DNA of 64,000 nucleotides from Eledone cirrhosa (Eukaryota): assembly GCA_964016885.1 (NCBI GenBank), contig CAXHJY010001743.1, forward strand, positions 62,001-126,000. The letters are read 5' to 3'. Below the pieces are notes generated by a model that did not search any database, had not been told where the DNA came from, and saw only the letters and a program-made list of their open reading frames with translations. The translations under genes and the position numbers were made by a program. Position 1 is the stretch's first letter. Every line of letters starts with the position of its first letter. Shown piece by piece: positions 56,814 to 64,000 of the stretch.

Positions 56814-56852
56814 TGAACAAGTACTTTCATGCTTTTGCAATCTTCAGGTTCA
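56814..56852 (-). ncRNA. Minimal type I hammerhead motif (left arm of fold-back 3)
   Basis: Minus strand: tgaac-CTGAAGA-ttgc(aaaa)gcat-GAAA-gtac-TT-gttca. 5-bp stem I and palindromic stem III AGTACT. Confidence 0.7.
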
Positions 56853-57111
56853 TACTCTGTCGTGACAGTCAAGTTTGCAATTTTCAACTGTAACGAGATG
56901 GATAAATTATGTGCCTTATATACAGTGAAAAGTGGCTACAGAATGCTAAATCTTGCAAACTGTATTTCGACCAATCGGTGTGTAGTTTCACTGGATTACT
57001 AAAGCTGATTTGTTTAGGCATGTTGTAGCCACTTTTCACTGTATATAAGGCACAAAATTTACCCATCTCATTACAGTTGAAAATTGCAAACTTGACTGTC
57101 ACCACAGAGTA

Positions 57112-57150
57112 TGAACCTGAAGATTGCGAAAGCATGAAAATACTTGTTCA
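57112..57150 (+). ncRNA. Minimal type I hammerhead motif (right arm of fold-back 3)
   Basis: tgaac-CTGAAGA-ttgc(gaaa)gcat-GAAA-atac-TT-gttca; one stem III substitution. Confidence 0.6.
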
Positions 57151-57269
57151 ATTAACAATTAACACTTAACATTTAATATTCTACCATACTATTTCATTCT
57201 AATACCATTATAAATTTTAAAGGATTGTAAATAAAACGAGTAAATCAGACAAAGTTGGAATTCCTTTTA

Positions 57270-57340
<71 letters not shown>

Positions 57341-57384
57341 AGAAGAAGTTTATGAAATGGAAATGCGGGTATACATAATTTATT

Positions 57385-57501
57385 AGGTAACAATTGTTTC
57401 TATAGTGTATGGGTTACCTATACCTCGCTATTTGAATAATATAAAAATATTATCATAAACCGAAGGTACACTGTAAGCAAACACACCATGTCGTCAGACC
57501 T
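57385..57501 (-). ncRNA. Type I hammerhead motif with a long insert in stem II
   Basis: Minus strand: aggt-CTGACGA-c-atggtgt...(~75 nt)...acactat-a-GAAAC-aatt-GTT-acct. Stems I, II and palindromic III all pair. Confidence 0.6.
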
Positions 57502-57647
57502 TTGTATTGGAATGATATGAACATATTTTATACATCCAATGCAACTACTTAGTAACATTGGAATACAAATTTACTAATTATATATATATATATATATTTA
57601 TATATACAGACACATATGCATGTGTGTGTGTGTATATATATGTGTGT

Positions 57648-58164
57648 AATAAATATAATCTGAGTCTTTCGAATATTAATAATAACATTCGATTCGTTTG
57701 CAATTATGCAAACAAGCCTCGTTTTTATAGCCATGTCAGTAGAATGAACACTTCATTCTTGCTCTTGTGTTAGCATGTAAACAGAACTGCAGACACTAAT
57801 GTTTCTGAGTATCACCCTTCATCAATACGGCAAATCTAGCTGATCAGTGGATCTGCTAATATGCAGATCTGACTGATCAGCCAGTCTGCCAATATGCAAA
57901 TCAGGCCGATCAGTTACTGTATATTTTAGAAAATATCATATATTTTCATTAGCTTTGACAGTTTGGCAGGTGAACAGTGAGCTGTACTGACGAAGGGTGA
58001 TACCCAGAAACATTAGTGTGTTCAGTTCTGTTTACATGCCAATACAATAGCAAGAATGAAGTGTTTATTCTACTGACATGGCTATAAAGACGAGGCTTGT
58101 TTTTATAATTGCAAATGAATCGAATATTATTATTAATATTCGAAAAACTCAGATAACATTTATT
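57648..58164. repeat. Fold-back element 4: ~184-bp diverged inverted arms, ~150-nt spacer
   Basis: Arms 57648-57831 and 57981-58164. The right side has a ~32-nt extension to (TA)n; the spacer holds a 33-bp direct repeat. Confidence 0.9.
57981..58025 (+). ncRNA. Hammerhead motif (right arm of fold-back 4; mirrored at 57787-57831 on the minus strand)
   Basis: gctgta-CTGACGA-a-gggt(gat)accc-a-GAAAC-attagt-GTG-ttcag. The other arm has TTGATGA...GTC-tgcag; the consensus of the two arms is a complete motif. Confidence 0.6.
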
Positions 58165-59314
58165 GTATTCAGCCATGTAGAGCGAATATTTTCTTTATAT
58201 ATATATATGTGTGTGTGTGTGTCTGTGTGTGTGTGTGTGTATATATTCTCATGTTAGGTCTCTGCATGTTACTAGTATCATGTAGCCCAGTACAACCTGT
58301 TTCATGGTCGTGTGATCTGCGACTAAACCGGCTCTCCGCACCGGACTCTGGTCTGGTGTGATTTAATTGACTGTCCCCTCCTAAATTGCTGGCCTTGTTC
58401 CTATATCAGAAATCGTATTAGTCTTGTTGGAGTAGCTGTTCTTATAGTTGTTGTTGTACTCGTTGTAGTAAGAGTTGCTGTAGTTGTTGGTTTTATAGTA
58501 GTAGTTTTTGTAGTTGTTGATTTTATAGCCATTGTTGTTTTGTTGTTGTTGTAGTTGTTGTAATTGTTGGTTTTATAGTAGTAGTTGTTGTAGTTGTAGC
58601 TGTAAGGTTTTTATGTGTTATTGAAGTGTGAACAAATTGTTTTTCTAAAATGTCTGTTGTATCCGTCTTACACGCTAACTTCTCTCATCTCCCGCCTTTC
58701 AACAACTCTTCCGCATTCTAGTATACAACACATTTTCTCTACCTTAAATCAATAAGACATATCGATTTTTTTCACTCAACTACATTCGACACTTATATGA
58801 CTTGCCTTTGCTCTTCCTTCTTTTTATCACGTCCTTCTTCTTTTGTTCTTCTTCTTGTACTTGCGTTTGTTCTTCTCTACTCCCCTCTTCCACCTCCCCC
58901 TCCTCGTTTTCCTTCTTGTTTTTCATTTCGTTTTATGCTTTCGTCTTTTTGACATCAGGACTAGTCTCTCTCTTATTTCTCATGTATTGCTGATGTTGTT
59001 TAATATTTTTGTTACTATTGTAGCTGTTGTTGTTGTTGTTATTGTTGTTATTTTGTTAATATTTATTTTATTTTATTTTATATTTTATTTTATATTTTTG
59101 GTGCTTTTTTTTCTTTTCTCCTTTTCTTTTTTATTCTTTCTCTAAATTGAGTGAATAAGACAAACAAGAAGAAGAAGAAGAAGAAGAAGAAGAAGAAGAA
59201 GAAGAAGAAGAAGAAGAAGAAGAAGAAGAAGAAGAAGAAGAAGAAGAAGACAGTGGTGGTGGTTGTGATGACGTTAAAGATGGTGGTGGTGGGGTGATGG
59301 TGGGAAGTTATAAT

Positions 59315-60375
59315 AAAGGTGTACCGAAAAAATCAAGGACTGTACATAACGATACAGTTTGATTTTATGTGACATCTTGTAAAAAGAGAGGGAGAGAGAG
59401 AGAGAAAGAAGTAAGGAAAACAAAAACAAATGCGGTAACAATAAAAATTCAAACAAAGAAAGCACCCCAGTGTGATGGCGGCAGCGACGGCGGCGGTTGT
59501 GGTGTTGGTGGTGGTGGTGGTGGTGGTTGTCGTCGTCGTCGTGTGGTCGTGGTCGTTTTGTGGTGGTGGTGGTGGTGGTGGATGTCGTGGTTGTCGTCGT
59601 TTTGATGTTGGTGGAGGAAAAACCAACAAACGGCTATGGTCACCAAAACGACTGAAACAAGTTCCTTTTCCCAGTTCTCCTACTTCAATCTACAGGGATA
59701 TAGTCAGACCAGGTCTGTTCACTTGGACCATGTACGACACTCTCATCCACCTTTCAATAAATTTGAAGCACGTTCTTCTCCACCTCAATTTCCTTTTCAA
59801 GTGAAACTTAAAAAATGTCTATGAGAGATTCGCCAAAGAGGAAAGTGTCTGTCTTCAGCCTTGTTCAATCTTGTCTGCCGCACAACCTATTTGGCCATGA
59901 TCACATGACATAAAATCTAACTGCCCTGCCCAACCAAAGAAAACTTCACAGCTGACTGATAACCAGAGCCAATGAATACGTAATAGAAGCTGTTCCATAT
60001 GACTTCACGAATCAGCCATGTTCGAGAACTGGACTTTTTAATCCCTCATATTTTCTTTCATAGGCTCTAAACCAAAAGACCTGAGTCTCCCAGAGAACGT
60101 TGTCATTGACCGCCAAAGTGAAGTATCAATCGATCGTATTGCCTGACTGGTAGATGACCGTGTGCGCGTGACCCCCTCTCAGTCTTTAATTGACCCATGA
60201 CAGTAGATATATTAAAGGGATGAGCTAAAGAAAATCGCATCTGACAAACGACGAGCACAATCTGTTCATCGTCAAGGAAACGCTGGAGATGTTGCATCAC
60301 CAGGCCAGGTCTGCACATCAACACCCACGGTATGCCTAGTCCTCCGTTCTATGGGTATTGTTAGCAGATGGATCA
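59315..60375 (-). mobile_element. Old degenerate Tx1-clade copy (3' part)
   Basis: Minus strand gives SIC*QYP*NGGLGIPW and FFKFHLKRKLR...FIERW, matching the ORF2 C-terminus. Its 3'UTR remnant resembles 45620-45695. Confidence 0.7.
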
Positions 60376-61799
60376 CCTTTCCTGAGCATTTGACACTGGT
60401 GTGGGAAAGAAAAAGAGGGTAATCTTAAACTAAGAACCTGGTCCCTGTTAATTCTACACAATGGCAAGGAAGTGGTGTTAAACTGTGTGGGGAATGACGT
60501 TTCAGCCAAGTAAGTTACATCGGGATTTCAACTCAGAAACACAAAAAAAAAACGAAACAAATACCACTTGGCATCACGCCCGATGCTCTGATAATTTGGC
60601 CAATCCCCCACCCTAGAGTAGTACTTTATTCTATGTAACCTCCCTCCCGCCACATTCCGGAAGGATGAAACGCAAAGTTGACTACAGGAAGACATGAACT
60701 GAAAGCACAACGGGCCGGAACAATTATCGCTGAGTTGACCTAAATCAGAGGCCGCACTCGGATTGTTAAAAATCTTTGCTGTATGCAGTGGCAACACTGG
60801 AATTTATGGGTGATTTACAAGACCTCATTTCAGTTCCCTCCGAGTCAGAAGAGCAACGGCCATTCTGTCTGAATTGAGAATTATTTATCTTCGATCTACT
60901 TAACGACAATAAAGTGTCAGACATATTCGCGCCATATATTCTTGTGGTTTGGAAGAAGATTTAGTTTGTCATAAAACGCAACAAATCTATATAGCGATCT
61001 ATATATTCGTCTTTCAACATATTTATACAGTTAAATACAGAACTTTGTGAGGAATTACTTCTTGTTTACCATTTCCTTCATGTTATACATTTTGATCTTT
61101 AAATTTCTTGGCGTATATGAATATTCTAGAGAATTTCAATTAGAATAAATTTTGTTTGAGGTATTTTTAATTATAGATTTCATCAAATACATTTACTGAG
61201 AAAAAAAAGCTGATAGTCTTATTTTCAAATATTAATTTTAATTTATCTGATATATGAAAAGTAATGATTATATTTCAAGCTTTTCGAATATTAATTTGGA
61301 AATGCACATTAAAATTCATAAATTTATATAATAATATCTTGTGGTGCTAAAATATTTTAATTTCATAATAATGCCAATATCCAGATGAAAATCTATGTAA
61401 ATATAGATAAAGGCGTTCATTTTAAATATAGTTAGGAGTTAGGTGGGAGAGGAGAATTTATCATCCTACTATATATATATAATTTTAATTTGTATTACAT
61501 TGAGTACCAATAATATGAAGAATCGCGGCATATTCAGCACAATATAAAATATGTGGCAATGCAAAGCATCTGTTCTACATTATGTAATATATCGTCTAGA
61601 TCAATGATTCTCAAATGGGGGGGGGGGGGTATTTGGTTCCCGATGGGGGGGGGGGGGCATTGAGAGAAAGGTAAATCAGGATAGAAATAGAAACTGAGAA
61701 ACTATAGTGTGTATATATAGTCAATCGACTTTCGTCAAATGGAGCCGAGGAAACAATGTTTCCGTTGGTCTTACTAATTGGTAATACTATCTATCGGTT

Positions 61800-61930
61800 G
61801 CATCTCCAGGTAGAAGGAACAACGTGAAATAAAGTGTCTTGCTCAAGGACATAACGCATCACCCGGTCCAGGAATCGAACTCACAACCGCACGATTGTGA
61901 ATCAAATTTTCTTACCATTAAGCCATGCAT
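61800..61930 (-). mobile_element. Second tRNA-derived SINE family, 5' part
   Basis: Minus strand: tggcttaatgg A box, gttcgattcc B box, then tgtccttgagcaagacacttt. Related fragments at 1-40, ~31250 and 63190-63400. Confidence 0.65.
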
Positions 61931-62149
61931 GTCTAGAGTGTGTATTGTGTATACATATTAAATGAAATACCTAAATACACAACGATAGTGCATATTGTAA
62001 CATATTTTAATAAGAACACTAAAAGCAATAACAATAATATCAGCAACAACAATAACAAGCATAACAGCTCCAGCAAAAATAACAACAACTACTATAAAAA
62101 TAACATCAACTATAGTAACAACAACAGCAACAACTACAATATATGTTTC

Positions 62150-62355
62150 AACATTTGGCACAAGGCCAGCAATTTGAAGGAGAGGGGTATATTCTATTAA
62201 ATCAACCCCAGTGCGTTACTGGTACTTTATTCTATCGTAATGATGAAAGAGAAAGCTAACTTCAACAGGAATTGAACTCAGAATGTAAAGGGACGTAACT
62301 ATATGCCGCAAACCTTTTGTCCGACGCTCTACCGATACTGCCAACCCACCACCGT
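62150..62355 (-). mobile_element. Diverged tRNA-SINE copy
   Basis: Reverse complement of the SINE head, body and 3' end. Confidence 0.75.
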
Positions 62356-63747
62356 AACAATTACAAGAATATTAACAACAAAGAACAACAAAAACAACAA
62401 AAGTCGTTACAACAACAACTTTAATCATTGGTCTATGATAGGTTTGTAGTTGAGTCTGTGGCAGTGAAGAGTCCCGGAGCTCTTCTCCCCCGGACCAGAT
62501 TCTTGCTCACTGTTATCGGGGTGGAGTTAGCTACCCACTAATGTAAGATGAGTGGCTGTTCCTATGCGTCTCCATCGCCATTCTCCAAGACAATGTCGTC
62601 TGCATCCAGCCGGTCGGGACCTAAGAGGCACGTGCAGCAGTAGTTTTTAGAGGTGACTTAATATTGTTTCATTTGATGCAGGGCGTTACCGCGCGCTTTA
62701 AAGCATTAACTGGTCCTTGGTTGTATTTAACAGAGTCCGCCCTATTGTAATCATTCAAAAATAGTTTCTAATTATGAGAATAGGTATTTAACATGTACCG
62801 AAACTTGTGTGCACCATGCCCCATCTCAGCAATAATGAACTACAAAGAGTAAACACATTGGTGTATAGGAGGTGCCAAATGCACAATAATGTGTGTGGAG
62901 GAGGTGAGACAGGAGTTACGACAGTAATGTGTATTAAAGTTGCCTTGGTGTAAAAGTAATGAGATAAAACCTGAAGTTTTTTCTCATTAACATCATTTTC
63001 GAATGACACCTCGCTTTAAATTTTTAAATTGCCCCTCTGTGGGGCATGTCTTCAAATCCCCACCCCAACCACCACGTTGGGAATCACTGATATACAGCTA
63101 CATCTTTTAGGCCTTCGGCAGTTCCGGCGACGATTGTTCCAGTAGATTCAGACAACAAATTAACCTACATGTGAAATTAAGGTGCAAAATGGCTGTGCAT
63201 AAAATGGACATCTGTACCCTTAAACTAATTCTCAGGGAGATTCAGTGTGACATATTGTGTGATATGGTTGTCTCTTTGAATTACATGTACAACTCATTTT
63301 TGTTTCAGCTGAGTGGACTGGTGCAACGTGAATAGTGTTTTTTTCAAGTTCGGGATCGAACTCAGGATCTTATGATCCATTCAACCACGTGCCTCCACAG
63401 CACCTACATACAACTATAGTAATACACAAATTATTGTGGAGTTGTTTCTCCTTTTCATCTCTTTGAAATTATTACAACTTAATTAAGATACCACAGCGAG
63501 ATATATACGTTTATTATACATAAACATATCCTATATATTCCCATATAAGTCTATAGCATGAATCACGCTATGTTAATTGCTACTTAATTTTTATAGTAAT
63601 ATACAAATTGTTGTTTCTTTCTCCTTTTCCTGGCCACTCTCCAGTGACGGAGATGCTAGTAGGGGGTCAGGATTATTACCCTTTCTCCCCAATTAAACCA
63701 TTAAACCGAAGAAGTGTCCGCTTTAAGAACCTATTATTTCAAGAGAA

Positions 63748-63940
63748 GGGTGGTGGATTGGCAGTATTGGTAGAGGGTCGGACGCCATGCTTTCCAACAC
63801 AGAGTTACGTCCCTTTACGGACTGAGTTCAAATCCCGCCGAGTTTAACTTTGCCTTTCATCCTTACAGGGTCGATAAAATAAAGTACCAGTAATGCACTG
63901 GGGAATTGCTGGCCTTGTGCCAAAAGTAGAAACAATTATT
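63748..63940 (+). mobile_element. tRNA-derived SINE, full length
   Basis: A/B boxes, conserved body, 3' end ggccttgtgccaaaagtagaaacaattatt. Confidence 0.88.
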
Positions 63941-64000
63941 TCAAGACAATGTCAGATAACTTATTAGAATTCTCTGTATTTTACTAAATAGCCACTAAGT

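Larger units (their letters stand above)
56687..57277. repeat. Fold-back element 3: ~254-bp inverted arms, ~83-nt spacer
   Basis: Arms 56687-56940 and 57024-57277 with few mismatches. The right end abuts (TA)n; the left side has ~30 extra nt before the microsatellite. Confidence 0.95.
61602..63089. mobile_element. Possible old hAT-like element ends enclosing nested SINEs
   Basis: caatgattctcaa ... ttgggaatcactg imperfect TIRs; left flank gtctagat. The 8-bp TSD is not conserved. Confidence 0.3.

Overview
Eukaryotic, AT- and microsatellite-rich, repeat-dominated window with no confidently identifiable host gene. The tRNA-derived SINE and repeat landscape suggest a cephalopod (Octopus-like) genome; this is from recollection of the repeats, not verified. 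Main contents: (1) a 14.7-kb array of a 21-bp C/A-rich minisatellite (15.8-30.5 kb) with kb-scale internal duplications. (2) A 16-kb retrotransposon pile-up in (TTA/TAA)n tracts (36.9-52.9 kb): a near-intact Tx1/L1-clade LINE and an intact R4/Dong-clade element lie tail to tail, the arrangement recurs with truncated copies, and there are two more Dong fragments. (3) The Tx1 3' end matches the 3' end of the abundant tRNA-SINE (CCTTGTG-N8-AGAAA-N2-(ATT)n), suggesting a LINE-SINE partnership. (4) At least four unrelated fold-back elements in (TA)n tracts, three with hammerhead-ribozyme motifs in both arms and a one-sided tail, plus solo hammerhead motifs, probably Penelope-like retroelement termini. 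(5) A 23-copy 55-bp satellite that arose inside the coding C-terminus of an RTE element. (6) RTE, CRE, Helitron and DNA-transposon remnants. Repeat boundaries were read by eye and are approximate.
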